DNA of 64,000 nt. Origin: Rubrivirga sp. Lineage in GTDB: Bacteria; Bacteroidota; Rhodothermia; Rhodothermales; Rubricoccaceae. A program made the translations under genes and the position numbers. Shown piece by piece: positions 22,417-32,528 of this stretch. Within the stretch, counting starts at the first letter, position 1, and every line of letters starts with the position of its first letter. A model generated the notes under the pieces. It made no database searches and was not told where the DNA came from. It saw only the letters and a list, made by a program, of their open reading frames with translations. The stretch covers positions 2,297,482 through 2,361,481 of the forward strand of contig NZ_OZ243912.1 of the NCBI RefSeq assembly GCF_965213695.1. The letters are read 5' to 3'.

Positions 22417-22658
22417 CTGTCATCCTGATACGGAGTCGGAGAGTTCGCTGTGCATGAGTGCTCCTCCCGATTCCCCCTCACCCTGTCCCTCTCCCTCGGG
22501 GAGAGGGGACCTCGTAGGAGAGTGCACGGCTTTCTCCGCGATCCCGTATGAGCGTCAGCGAAGGGTCTCAGCTCGGACGTCCGAGCTGAGATCACCGGCC
22601 GAGAGGGCTTGGAGAGTCAGTGTTGAGATCCTTTGTCGCTCCGCTCCTCAGGATGACA
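22417..22658. repeat. Composite REP cluster
   Basis: GTCATCCTGA...TCAGGATGAC outer arms enclosing a CCCTCACCCTGTCCCTCTCC..GGAGAGGGG hairpin (22474-22510). Confidence 0.8.
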
Positions 22659-22697
22659 ACGTGGGGTGGTCGCGGCGCTGGGCCCCGTCCCCGCCCG

Positions 22698-23435
22698 TCA
22701 CCGCTTGCGGGCGAACACGAAGAACTGGTTCTGGAGCGGGCCCGGCAACAGCCGGTGGAGCACGGCCCCGAGCCGGTACGCCAGCGGCGAGAACGCGAAG
22801 TAGGTCGGCTCGCCGGCGTGGCGGACGACCTCGACCTCGAAGGCGTCGCCCAGCGCCCGCCGCACGGCAGACACCGTGTTCATCCGGTAGAACGTCGGGA
22901 ACACGTCGTGGCTCTCACGGCTCTCTTGGGCGCTCCCGACGACGCGCGCGTGGAGCCGGTTCGGCACCGCCTGGGCGACGAGCGCGACGTAGCCCAGCTT
23001 GTTCGGCGTCCGGGCGCAGAACACGCCGCCGGGCCGGAGCACGCGCGCCAGCTCCCTCGCGTAGGCGCCGGGGGCCTCGACGTGCTCCAGCACGTAGTCT
23101 GACAGGACCAGGTCGACCGAGGCGCCGTCGACGGGCCAGCGGTCGACGTCCTCGATCAGGCGGAAGGCGTCGAGCGTCGGGTTGTCGGCCGCGTCCGGGT
23201 CCACGTCGATCCCGAGCACGTGGGCGCAGCGGCCCCGGAGGTTGCGGAGGTCGCGCCGGAACGGGACGGCGTTCTCCTGGCTCTTCCCGCGCCCGCAGCC
23301 GACGTCGAGCACGCGCGTGTCGGGACGGAGGAGCGACTGGACGCGCGTGTAAAACGCGACCGTGCCGTCGACGCGCGAGAACCCGCCGAAGCGGGCCTCG
23401 GGGTAGGCGCTCTGATGGAGAGAGGGGTTCGCCAT
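22698..23435 (-). CDS. Class I SAM-dependent methyltransferase
   Basis: VLDVGCGRG, VLEHV, LRPGG. Confidence 0.88.
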   Translation of the reverse strand: MANPSLHQSAYPEARFGGFSRVDGTVAFYTRVQSLLRPDTRVLDVGCGRGKSQENAVPFRRDLRNLRGRCAHVLGIDVDPDAADNPTLDAFRLIEDVDRWPVDGASVDLVLSDYVLEHVEAPGAYARELARVLRPGGVFCARTPNKLGYVALVAQAVPNRLHARVVGSAQESRESHDVFPTFYRMNTVSAVRRALGDAFEVEVVRHAGEPTYFAFSPLAYRLGAVLHRLLPGPLQNQFFVFARKR

Positions 23436-23442
23436 GACGGGC

Positions 23443-24294
23443 TCAGCCGTAACCGAGATCGGAAAGGAGCGGTTCGAGATATGGGTCGATCTCGACGGGG
23501 TCGAGGTCGTCGTCGTAGGGCGTCCCGTTGCCCTCGTCGACGAACGTCCGGGCGTAGTCGCGGACCTCGGCACTGGGCGGCAGCTCAAAAAAGTCTAGGA
23601 TCTGGGCCATCACCGTCTCGGGCGAGGCCATCACGTCCTCGAAGCGGACCGTCATCTGCTGCTCGGCCGGGACCGTCGCCAGCCCGTCGAGCGCCGCAGC
23701 CACGCTCTCGCGCCACTGCACGGCGCACGCGGCCACCACGCCCTTCTCGTCGCGGACCTCGCGGATGCCGGGGAACTGCGGTCCCCACACGAACGCCTTT
23801 GACGGGAAAAGCTGGCGGCCGACGACGTCGCGGAGCACGGCCGCCGCGTAGAACGGGGCGTCGCGGAGCGGGACCTCTAGGTTCGAAAGTCGCCGCTTGA
23901 GCGCCCGCTTGTCCGGCGTCTTCGTCCACATCCGCAGCGCCGACCGGGTCACGGCCCGGCCGTCGCGGACGACGTGGAGGAACCGGGCCTCGGGCAGCAC
24001 GGCGTGGACGAACCCGACGCGGAAGCAGTTGCTCGGCGTCTTCTCCATGAACCGGGGCTTCCCCGCGCGGCCGGCGTAGCGCGCGAACGACCGCCGGATG
24101 TAGCGGCGGACGGCCGGCGTCGCCTCCGAGGCGTCGCGGCGGTCGTCGGGCGCGAGCGGCCGGCCGACCTTCCAGACGTACTTCGGCTCCATCCAGAACG
24201 CGACGTCGGGGTGGCGCTGGAGCACGCGGCTCGTCATCGACGTGCCCGAGCGGGCCGCGCCGACGATGACGAGCGGGCGGTCGAGCGGCGTCAT
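23443..24294 (-). CDS. Sulfotransferase
   Basis: GAARSGTS (5'-PSB), EKTPSN, HVVRDGRAV. Confidence 0.85.
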   Translation of the reverse strand: MTPLDRPLVIVGAARSGTSMTSRVLQRHPDVAFWMEPKYVWKVGRPLAPDDRRDASEATPAVRRYIRRSFARYAGRAGKPRFMEKTPSNCFRVGFVHAVLPEARFLHVVRDGRAVTRSALRMWTKTPDKRALKRRLSNLEVPLRDAPFYAAAVLRDVVGRQLFPSKAFVWGPQFPGIREVRDEKGVVAACAVQWRESVAAALDGLATVPAEQQMTVRFEDVMASPETVMAQILDFFELPPSAEVRDYARTFVDEGNGTPYDDDLDPVEIDPYLEPLLSDLGYG

Positions 24295-25271
24295 CCGCCC
24301 TGCTGCGCGAGGTACCACGCGACGGTCGCGTCGAGGCCCTCCTCGACCGACACCGGGAGCGGCCCGCAGACCGCCTCCGTCTCGGACAGGTCGATCACGT
24401 ACTCGGTCAGGATGTTCGTCAGCCGGAACGAGTTGAACGGGAAGGCCCGGAGCCCGATCGCGTTGAGCGCGTCGCCCGCCCTCGCCAGCACCCGGGCCAG
24501 CGTGAGCGGGACCGTCGGGATGGGGCGGGCGCCCATCCGGCGCTGCAACCCGTCGGTGTAGTCGCGGAGCGAGAGCGGGTCGTAGTCGGCGAGGTAGAAC
24601 ACCTTGCGCTGGATCGCCTCCGGCGGGGCCAGGACGAGCTGGCGGTACTGGTGCGCGATGTTGGCCGCGTAGGCGTACGACTTCATGAGCGGCCCGCGGC
24701 CGGCGTGGAAGTACCGGCCCCGCTGGATGTAGCGCAGGAGGGCCTGGTAGTGCGCGTTCATGTGGGGCCCCCAGACCGTCGTCGGCCGCGTGATGCACCA
24801 CGGGACGCCGCCGCCGTCGAGCTCGTGGACGATCTGCTCGCCCTGCACCTTGCTCCGGCCGTAGACCGTCGTGGGGCAGAAGTCGGTGTCCGACCTCGGC
24901 GTATACCCGACCTTGCAGACGAGCTGAGACGACGTGTAAACGGCCCGCCGGACGGAGCCGGTCGCGCGGACCGCCCGGCACACGTTGCGGACGCCATCGG
25001 TGTTCACGGCGTAGTCGGCCAGCGTCGCCGTCTTGTCGAGGTCCGTCCGCGCCGCCAGGTGGATGACCGCGTCGGGCCGCTCCGTCGCGAACACCTCCAG
25101 CAGCCGGTCGGCGTCCAGGATGTCGCAGACGTAGGTGTCGTACGCCGGCCGGCCGGCCCGCGGCTCCTTGTCGACGGCGATGACGTGGTGGCCCCGCTCG
25201 ACGAGCAGGTCCGAGACCCACCGGCCGAGCATCCCGTCGGTGCCGGTCACCAGGATGCGGTCGGGCGTCAT
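24291..25271 (-). CDS. NAD-dependent epimerase/dehydratase
   Basis: TGTDGMLG, HLAART, YGRSK (YxxxK). Confidence 0.88.
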   Translation of the reverse strand: MTPDRILVTGTDGMLGRWVSDLLVERGHHVIAVDKEPRAGRPAYDTYVCDILDADRLLEVFATERPDAVIHLAARTDLDKTATLADYAVNTDGVRNVCRAVRATGSVRRAVYTSSQLVCKVGYTPRSDTDFCPTTVYGRSKVQGEQIVHELDGGGVPWCITRPTTVWGPHMNAHYQALLRYIQRGRYFHAGRGPLMKSYAYAANIAHQYRQLVLAPPEAIQRKVFYLADYDPLSLRDYTDGLQRRMGARPIPTVPLTLARVLARAGDALNAIGLRAFPFNSFRLTNILTEYVIDLSETEAVCGPLPVSVEEGLDATVAWYLAQQGG

Positions 25272-26458
25272 GCCGGGGCGGGTGTGGCCGTGAGCGAGCG
25301 GAAGATCCCGTCCCAGACGTCGCCGTAGCGGTCGAGGCCGAACCGAGTGCGGACCCGGGCGAGCGCCGCCGCCGCCAGCGACCGCCGGAGCCCGTCGTCG
25401 GTCGCCAGCCGCTCGACGGCGTCGGCGATGGCGGCCGGCGTGGTCTCGTCGAGCAGGACGGCCGTGCCCTCGCCGAGCGTCGACGGGATCTCGCCGGCCC
25501 GGCTCGTGACGAGCGCGCAACCGCTCGCCATCGCCTCGAGGAGCACGAGGGGCTGGGCCTCGACGGGGAACCGGCTCGGGAAGACGAACACCTGAGCGGC
25601 GTCGAACAGCGCCTGCTTCTCGGCGCCCCGCGCGCCCGGGACCCACTCCGCCCGGACGCCCGCCCGCGCGTTGATCCGGCCGAGGGCGGCCTCGATCCAC
25701 GCCGCCTTGGCCTCGACGGTCGTGAACCGCGTGCAGAACGACGTGAACGCCGGCGGCCCGCACAGGACGGCCTCGACCGGGCGTCCGAGGCCGCGCCCGG
25801 CCAGCAGCTCGACGGCCTCCAGGAACTCGGGGTACCCCTTCGACTCGACGAGGAGGCTGAGGTGGAGCAGGCGGAGCGGCTCGTCGGCCCCGAGCGAGTG
25901 TTTTTCTTCGACGGCGGCCGGGGTCGCCGGCGCCAGCTCGCACGTGTTCTCGACCACGACGACGCGGGCCGGGTCGATCCCCCACTCGACGAGCCGCGCC
26001 CGCTGGTTCGGCCCGAGGACGGTCACCACGTCGGCCGCGCCCAGGATGCGGACGAACGCCCGGGCCTCGGCCGACGCGCGCGGCCACCCCATGAACACGC
26101 TCCCGTGGAGCGACACCACCTTCGGCACGGACGGCCGGAGCCGGTCCGCCAGGCGGACGGGCCAGCCCATCTTGGCGAAGGCCGCCCGGCTCTGGGGCAG
26201 GTTCACGTGCAAGACGGTCCCGGCGCGGACGGTCGCGGCCAAGGCCCGCCAGCACCGCGCGACCTGGGCGACGTAGCCGAGGTACCGGGCGACCCGGCCG
26301 GCGGTCCGGTCGAGCGCCGGGAACTCGACGGCCCGGAACGTCCACCCCCGCTCGGCCAGCGCCTCACGGATCAGCGCGGTCGCGGCGTACTGGCCCGAAA
26401 AGCTGATCGGGCTGTCGTAGACGAGGGTGATGGTCCCGGCCGGGCCTCGCTCAGTCAT
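25268..26458 (-). CDS. GT4 glycosyltransferase
   Basis: FVFPSRF..EAQPLVLLEAMASG. Confidence 0.85.
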   Translation of the reverse strand: MTERGPAGTITLVYDSPISFSGQYAATALIREALAERGWTFRAVEFPALDRTAGRVARYLGYVAQVARCWRALAATVRAGTVLHVNLPQSRAAFAKMGWPVRLADRLRPSVPKVVSLHGSVFMGWPRASAEARAFVRILGAADVVTVLGPNQRARLVEWGIDPARVVVVENTCELAPATPAAVEEKHSLGADEPLRLLHLSLLVESKGYPEFLEAVELLAGRGLGRPVEAVLCGPPAFTSFCTRFTTVEAKAAWIEAALGRINARAGVRAEWVPGARGAEKQALFDAAQVFVFPSRFPVEAQPLVLLEAMASGCALVTSRAGEIPSTLGEGTAVLLDETTPAAIADAVERLATDDGLRRSLAAAALARVRTRFGLDRYGDVWDGIFRSLTATPAPA

Positions 26459-27233
26459 ACAGGTGGAATCCGTACGTGTCGCAGAGCTGGTGATAGTAGG
26501 CCAGGGCGCGGTCGTCGAAGTGCTCCTGCCACTGCCCGGCCGTCCCCTTCCGTGCGAACACGAAGGACGGGTCGTGGTTCTTGAACGACTCGGGGCTCGC
26601 CTTCTGCGCGTCGCGCATCCGTTGCAGGCCCGACGCCTCCAGGGCCGCCTCGATCCGCTCCGGGTCCGACGGGATCCCGCAGAAGTCGCACAAGGCCCCG
26701 AACGTCTCGACGGGCGCGGCCTTGAGGTCCTCGTAGCGCGTGACGAGGCCGGCCCGGGGCGCCCACGAGGCGTAGTGCTTGAAGAACGGCTCCAGCCCCA
26801 TCTCGTCGTCCCAGATGAGGTCGTGGATCGAGCCTTCCAGGTCGAGCGTCCGCTTGGCCTTGGCGTAGTGGTACAGCGAGACCATGATGTCGCGCGGGTC
26901 GCGGACGGTGAGCGCCGTCGGGTGGGGGCCGAAGAGGAGCGGCGAGTAGGGCAGGTGGGTCTTGACCAGGCGGGGGCTCGAAGCGAACGGCCAGGGCGTG
27001 AACAGCGACGGGTGGCCGTACTCCGGCATGGCCGCGTTGACCTCGTCGAACGTAGCCGCCGACGCGCTCCCCGTTAGCATGTTGTAGAGGAAGAAGCGGA
27101 CCCAGGTGCTCCCGGTCTTCGGATAGAAGGCCAGAATGACGTCGTCGCGTTCCATCGTGAGCCGGCTCCGCCCGTAGAGCGCGAGCTTGTCCAAGACGTA
27201 GGCGGGCCGGGTCAGCTTACGGCGGTACTGCAT
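26451..27233 (-). CDS. Sulfotransferase
   Basis: YPKTGSTW, KTH, VRDPRDIMVSLY, RYEDL, RKG..G.W. Confidence 0.88.
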   Translation of the reverse strand: MQYRRKLTRPAYVLDKLALYGRSRLTMERDDVILAFYPKTGSTWVRFFLYNMLTGSASAATFDEVNAAMPEYGHPSLFTPWPFASSPRLVKTHLPYSPLLFGPHPTALTVRDPRDIMVSLYHYAKAKRTLDLEGSIHDLIWDDEMGLEPFFKHYASWAPRAGLVTRYEDLKAAPVETFGALCDFCGIPSDPERIEAALEASGLQRMRDAQKASPESFKNHDPSFVFARKGTAGQWQEHFDDRALAYYHQLCDTYGFHLYD

Positions 27234-27460
27234 CGGGGCGTGTGGACCTCCGCGAGAGCGGGTCGCGCGAGGTCATGGGGGGGCCGGAAGATCGGACGGC
27301 AGACGGCGCCGCTGGGATAGATACCGGGGCCGGCTGCTTGGTGTCGGTCCGGCGTGGGCCGAGTGTGGGAGGATGGGGGTGCGGGAGAGGATCAGACGAG
27401 ACGCGGGCTCCCACTCCCCCACCCTCCACCCGGGTTGGGTGCGAGAGGTCCACACGACGC

Positions 27461-28345
27461 CTAGGTCCATCGCTCGGAGAGACGCGGGGCGGACGGCCGG
27501 TTCTCGGACGGCAGCCGCTCCAGGACGGCTTCGGTGTGGCGGATGTGGGGGCCGAAGCGGTCCAAGAGCCCCGCCCGCTGGCGGTCGCTCAGCTCCGGCG
27601 CCGGCTCGCTCACGCGCGACAGGAGCCGGTGCATCCGGTCCGTGACACGCGCCAGCTTACGCCCGGTCGTCAGCCGTTCGAGCGCGATGACGGCCCGGTT
27701 CCGTGTGTTCACCTTGGGCCGGGCGCCCAGGCTCTCCGGCACGAACGCCGGGTCGACGCCGAGGTGCCGGTACACCCTGCGGACGACGCCGCCCGGGTCC
27801 TGTTGGACGTCGTCGTACAGGACGACCAGCAGGCTCTCCGGCCCGAAGCGGTCGAGGTACGGCTCGAGCTGCTGCCCGTAGAACCCGCGCGTGACGAGCT
27901 CGTCGACGAACCGGTCGGGGTGGCGCTCGGGGAAGCCGGGCGGCTGGCGCAGGAGGCCCTCGACGTGCCGGTCCAGCGGCTCGTTCGGGAGCTGGTTCTT
28001 GCGGAGCGACCAGAAGTAGGCCGAGACCAGCCGGTCGACGGGGTTCCGCAGCATGGCCACCAGCCGGGGCGCCGCGACGTGCTCGGCGATGGCGGCCGGC
28101 GCGTCGGCGTCGAGGAGGTAGTCGACGGCCACGTCGCCGCCGACGGCGCCCGGCGCCGCGTCCGCAAACCGGCCGAGGTACCAGTCGTGCCCCTCCTCCC
28201 GATAGAGCGGGCTGCCGAGGTAGCCGTGCTCGATCTTCGACGACGGCAGCACGACCTCGGGGTGGTCGCGGAGGCAGTAGTACAGCCACGACGTGGCCGA
28301 CTTCTGGGCCCCGAGCACGAAGAAGCGGAGGTCGGCGTCGGTCAT
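27461..28345 (-). CDS. Sulfotransferase
   Basis: GAQKSATSWL..CLRDHP, LRNPVDRLVSAY. Confidence 0.88.
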   Translation of the reverse strand: MTDADLRFFVLGAQKSATSWLYYCLRDHPEVVLPSSKIEHGYLGSPLYREEGHDWYLGRFADAAPGAVGGDVAVDYLLDADAPAAIAEHVAAPRLVAMLRNPVDRLVSAYFWSLRKNQLPNEPLDRHVEGLLRQPPGFPERHPDRFVDELVTRGFYGQQLEPYLDRFGPESLLVVLYDDVQQDPGGVVRRVYRHLGVDPAFVPESLGARPKVNTRNRAVIALERLTTGRKLARVTDRMHRLLSRVSEPAPELSDRQRAGLLDRFGPHIRHTEAVLERLPSENRPSAPRLSERWT

Positions 28346-28456
28346 GGTGTGGGCCGGGCCAGGGCTTTCGAGACCTCGGAAAGAGAGCCTCCCCCTCTCG
28401 GAGCATCAGAGCTGACGAGTTCTGTGTGGGAGATCAAACTGCTGGACAAAACAACC

Positions 28457-28541
28457 GTCATTCCCGCGCACGCGGGGATCCATAGGGAGCCGCTCGCCGA
28501 AGACGAAGCGACGGATGGATTCCCGCGTGCGCGGGAATGAC
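28457..28541. repeat. REP doublet, GTCATTCCCGCG family
   Basis: GTCATTCCCGCGCACGCGGGGATCCA...TGGATTCCCGCGTGCGCGGGAATGAC; related copies ~39150-39230, 44945-45051, 49700-49783. Confidence 0.88.
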
Positions 28542-28587
28542 GACTGTTGGTTCGATAGACGTGAACGAACTTAGAGGCCGGACCCAT

Positions 28588-29610
28588 TTAGAGCGAGAGG
28601 GCTCGAGTGGGGGGGCCGTCCGCGCTCGGAGTGTGGCCACTTCCCTCACTCTGTCCCACAGGGAGAGGGGACGCCGCCGGGGGAGTGCGCAGCGGCCTTG
28701 GGACTGGGGGCGTCGCCGGGTCAAACAGGCCGTCCGCAATCAAGATCGGGGTGAGCGCCTGGGCGCCGCGATGGTTCATGTGGAGCCGGTCAGCGAAGAG
28801 CGACGGGTCGTCGAGCGCGTTCGAATAGTCCCAGATGGGTGTGCCGTTGGCGGCTTGGCGGACACGCGCGAGCCACGCATCATAGGTACCGATCTTCTCG
28901 CGGAACGCTGGCAGGTACGGCCCGATCACCAGCCGCAGCTCGACCCCCTCCGCCCGGCAGAAGGCGACGATGCGGCCGAGCGCGTCGAGGTTCTCCGGCC
29001 GCGCGCGGAGCTCGGTCGGCCCCCCGCGGCGCGTCGCCTCGACCAGCTCGGGCGAGACCGTGTAGCGGTTGATCTGCCCCTGGTCCGACGCGCCCGCCGA
29101 GCCCAGCGCCCGAAACAGCAGCTCGCCGTTGTAGTCGAACAGGGCCGACACCCGGCGGGCCGCCGCGACCGACGCCGGGACCGCCCCGTCGAGGTAGGCG
29201 TCGAGCCGGGCCGACTCGGCCCCGAACGGGAAGAACGTCGCGAACTGATCGACGCCTCCGGCCACGCCCGTCACCTCCAGCACCACCAGCTCGGGCGCCG
29301 GGTTGCGCTCGACGTAGTCGCGGAGCAGGACCTCCGACAGCGCGGTCGGCGCCCCGTTGGCGCTGGCGTTGAACACGGGCCGGCCGAGCGCCCGTTCCAA
29401 CGTCGGCGCGTGGAAGGTGTTGACGCCGCGCGAGTTGCCGAGCACCAGGACGCCGCCGGGCGCGTCGCCCCGGTACAGCACGGCGAACCGGTTGCCCGTG
29501 TGCATCACGGCGCTGTGGAGCCCGGCCGCGAGCGCCCGGTCGCCGGCCACGACGAGCGCGACGAGCGCGAGCGCCCAGGCGATCCGCTTCCAGGCCGGCG
29601 TCGTGTCCAT
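28588..29610 (-). CDS. SGNH-like periplasmic protein, probable O-acetylation partner
   Basis: N-terminal TM, LGNSRG, C-terminal FADRLHMN (DxxH); coupled to the MBOAT gene. Confidence 0.65.
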   Translation of the reverse strand: MDTTPAWKRIAWALALVALVVAGDRALAAGLHSAVMHTGNRFAVLYRGDAPGGVLVLGNSRGVNTFHAPTLERALGRPVFNASANGAPTALSEVLLRDYVERNPAPELVVLEVTGVAGGVDQFATFFPFGAESARLDAYLDGAVPASVAAARRVSALFDYNGELLFRALGSAGASDQGQINRYTVSPELVEATRRGGPTELRARPENLDALGRIVAFCRAEGVELRLVIGPYLPAFREKIGTYDAWLARVRQAANGTPIWDYSNALDDPSLFADRLHMNHRGAQALTPILIADGLFDPATPPVPRPLRTPPAASPLPVGQSEGSGHTPSADGPPTRALSL

Positions 29611-31037
29611 CAGAACTGGAAGTAGATGAACTGGCCCCCGTCGAACGTCCCGAACAGGACGATGAGCCACAGGGCCGCCGCGTACGCCAGCGTCCGGGCG
29701 ACAGGCCGGTCCAAGACCGCGCTCGGTACGACGACCGTCTTGCTCCACGCCTCAGCCGTGACCAGCATCCCGATCAGCAGGAACCCCTTCAGCACGACCA
29801 CCTTGAGCTGGACGTCGGCGAACGCGAGCCGGTCGAGGCTGGCGATCTGCTGGAGGATGTCCATCGACGTGGCCCAGGTCGGGCTGCGGAAGAAGATCCA
29901 GGCGAAGCAGGTGAGCGCGAACACGACGACCAGCGAGAGGCCGTCCGACACCACGCGCGGGATTCGGAGCCGCTCGACGAGCCGCCCGTAGCTCGGGCCG
30001 ATCAGCCGCTGGAGCACGAGGTAGAGCCCGTGGAGGGCGCCCCACAGCACGAAGTTCCAGCTCGCCCCGTGCCACAGCCCGCCGAGCAGCATCGTGATGA
30101 CCAGGTTCCGATAGGTAAACAACGTCCCGCCGCGGTTGCCGCCGAGCGGGATGTAGAGGTAGTCGCGGAGCCAGCTCGACAGCGAGATGTGCCACCGCGT
30201 CCAGAACTCGCTGAAGCTCCGGGAGAAGTACGGCGTGTCGAAGTTGACGCCGAAGTCGTAGCCCAGCATCCGCGCGAGCCCGATGGCGATGTCGGAGTAG
30301 CCCGAGAAGTCACAGTAGATCTGGAACGCATAAAAGAACACGCCGATCACGACGCTGATCGGCGTGAACGCCTCGGGCGCGTCGAACACGCGGTCCACGA
30401 ACGGGGCCAGCGAGTCGGCGATGGCCACCTTTTTGACGTAGCCCAGCAGCACCTGGCCGAGCCCGAGCAAGAACCCGCTCCACAAAAACGGGTGGTCGCG
30501 GCGGAGCTGGGGCAGCAGCAGGCTCGCCCGGACGATGGGCCCGGCCACCAACTGGGGGAAGAACGCGACGTAGGTCGCGAACCGGAGCAAGTTGCGCTCG
30601 ACCTCGATGGTCCCCCGGTACAGGTCGATCGAGTAGCTCAGCGTCTGGAACGTGTAGAACGAGATCCCGACTGGCAGGATCACCGCCAGGAACGCCGGCG
30701 ACTCGCTGAACCCGAAAAAGCCCGTCGCCCGCCAGACCGAGTCGAGGAAGAAGTTGAAGTACTTGAAGACGGCCAGCAGGCCCAGGTTGCTGGTCAGGCT
30801 CAGCATCAGCCACCGCCTCTTCGCCGGCTGGGCCTCGGCCCCCGCGATCTTGAGCCCGACGACGTAGTCGATCCCGGTCGACAGCGCGATGAGCCCCAGG
30901 AAGCGCCAGTCCCACCACCCGTAGAACAGGTAGCTCCCGGCCAGGCACACCGCCAGCCGGGCCGCCCCGCGCGTCGCGAAGTAGGCGGCGAGGAACGCCG
31001 GGAGGAAGACCAGGAACGGGATGCTGTTAAACAGCAT
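29610..31037 (-). CDS. MBOAT O-acyltransferase (AlgI-like)
   Basis: LPVGISFYTFQ, QIYCDFSGYSDIA, FWTRWHISLS, GLWHG. Confidence 0.93.
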   Translation of the reverse strand: MLFNSIPFLVFLPAFLAAYFATRGAARLAVCLAGSYLFYGWWDWRFLGLIALSTGIDYVVGLKIAGAEAQPAKRRWLMLSLTSNLGLLAVFKYFNFFLDSVWRATGFFGFSESPAFLAVILPVGISFYTFQTLSYSIDLYRGTIEVERNLLRFATYVAFFPQLVAGPIVRASLLLPQLRRDHPFLWSGFLLGLGQVLLGYVKKVAIADSLAPFVDRVFDAPEAFTPISVVIGVFFYAFQIYCDFSGYSDIAIGLARMLGYDFGVNFDTPYFSRSFSEFWTRWHISLSSWLRDYLYIPLGGNRGGTLFTYRNLVITMLLGGLWHGASWNFVLWGALHGLYLVLQRLIGPSYGRLVERLRIPRVVSDGLSLVVVFALTCFAWIFFRSPTWATSMDILQQIASLDRLAFADVQLKVVVLKGFLLIGMLVTAEAWSKTVVVPSAVLDRPVARTLAYAAALWLIVLFGTFDGGQFIYFQF

Positions 31038-32520
31038 GCGGCCGTCTCCCCTTCCGGACCTGGACGAACACGATGATGACGGCCAGCGGGAGCAGGGCCA
31101 CAAAGAGGGCCACCACCATCTGGCTGAACCCGCCGGTCACCGTCGTCCACGCGACCGGGATCAGGACGACGGCGTAGACCGTGGCCCCGGCCGCGTTCGA
31201 GAGGACCGGCCGGAACGTCTCGTACACCCACCGGAGCCCGACCCCGATCAACAGCGGCACCAGCACGACGCCCAGGACCCCGAAGTTGAGGTACGCCTCG
31301 GCGATCATCCCCGGCGGGACCCCGGCCCGTTGCATGTCGAAGATCTCGCGGCCGATGATGGGCCCGGCCCCGAGTGGCGGCTTGTCGAGCCAGACCGTCC
31401 GCGGGACCGGCATGAACACCCAGGCCACGTACGACACCCCGTACTGGTAGCCGATCCGGTCCGGGACGCCCTCGACGATGTGCGACGTCTTCGACAGGTC
31501 GAGGAAGTGGCGCCCGCCGACCGTCGTCTCGAGCAGGGCGTCGACGCCGAGCACCTGGCTGACGTCGGTCAGGTCGCCGGTCTTGGGGCGGAGCGCCGTC
31601 AGCACGAGCAAGAGCGCCAGCATCCCGACGCCCATCGAGACCACGAGCCACCGCGGGATCCGGCCCCGGACGCACTTCCAGATCACGAGCGCCTCGATCA
31701 AGATCATGAGCACCTTGGTCCGGCTGCTGTTGAAGAACGGGAAGACGACGGCCATCGCGACGAGCACGGCGATCACGGCGACCACGGTCCAGCCCAGCCG
31801 CCCCCGCCGCGTCAGCGCCCACGCCAGCGCGAACAGGAACACGGGCCCGACGACCGAGGCGCCCCACCGGTAGTACCCCAGCGCGCCCCGCTCGAACTCG
31901 GCGCCCTCGACCTGGTAGAACCGCTTGCGCGAGACGTCCTGCAGGACGCCCGTGATGCCCAGCTTGTCGACGTACAGCACCATCGACAGGGCCGCCACGC
32001 CGATGGCGACCAGGCCGATCAGGAGGAGCCGGTTCCGGCTCCAGACGTCCTGGCCGAACAGCCGCGTCCGCCACAGGCGGGGCGCGGGCAGGGCGTAGAG
32101 GTAGCCCGCGCTCAAGGCCGCCAGCCCGACCAGCACGAGGACGGCCCCGTTGAGCAGGAACGCCGGCTCCTGTCGCCAGAGCATCAGGAAGTCCACCGCC
32201 GCCGGGGGCCCGAACGCGATGTAGGCCGGCTTCAGCGTCACGCCGACGGCGACGGCCAGCATCACCAGGCTGATCGGCTCGACGACGTCGTAGTCCGTCT
32301 TCAGGACCGGCACCATCAGGAGCACGCCCAGGCACGCGGCGCCGGCCACGTTGAGGAGCGCGAGGTCGACCGAGTCGAGGACGACCAAGGACACCGCCGC
32401 CATCCCCAACGCGAACACGACGACCGCCAGTCCCAGGCCGAGGACCGTCCGGCGGGCCCCGTGCGGACGCGCTGGGCGGAGCCGGCCGGAGGCCCGGAGG
32501 GTGAGGGGGCTGGGGAGCAT
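31027..32520 (-). CDS. Polysaccharide polymerase (Wzy-like)
   Basis: Many TM helices, periplasmic loop, PPGMIAEAYLNFG; start uncertain. Confidence 0.7.
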   Translation of the reverse strand: MLPSPLTLRASGRLRPARPHGARRTVLGLGLAVVVFALGMAAVSLVVLDSVDLALLNVAGAACLGVLLMVPVLKTDYDVVEPISLVMLAVAVGVTLKPAYIAFGPPAAVDFLMLWRQEPAFLLNGAVLVLVGLAALSAGYLYALPAPRLWRTRLFGQDVWSRNRLLLIGLVAIGVAALSMVLYVDKLGITGVLQDVSRKRFYQVEGAEFERGALGYYRWGASVVGPVFLFALAWALTRRGRLGWTVVAVIAVLVAMAVVFPFFNSSRTKVLMILIEALVIWKCVRGRIPRWLVVSMGVGMLALLLVLTALRPKTGDLTDVSQVLGVDALLETTVGGRHFLDLSKTSHIVEGVPDRIGYQYGVSYVAWVFMPVPRTVWLDKPPLGAGPIIGREIFDMQRAGVPPGMIAEAYLNFGVLGVVLVPLLIGVGLRWVYETFRPVLSNAAGATVYAVVLIPVAWTTVTGGFSQMVVALFVALLPLAVIIVFVQVRKGRRPHAV

Positions 32521-32528
32521 CCGGGGCG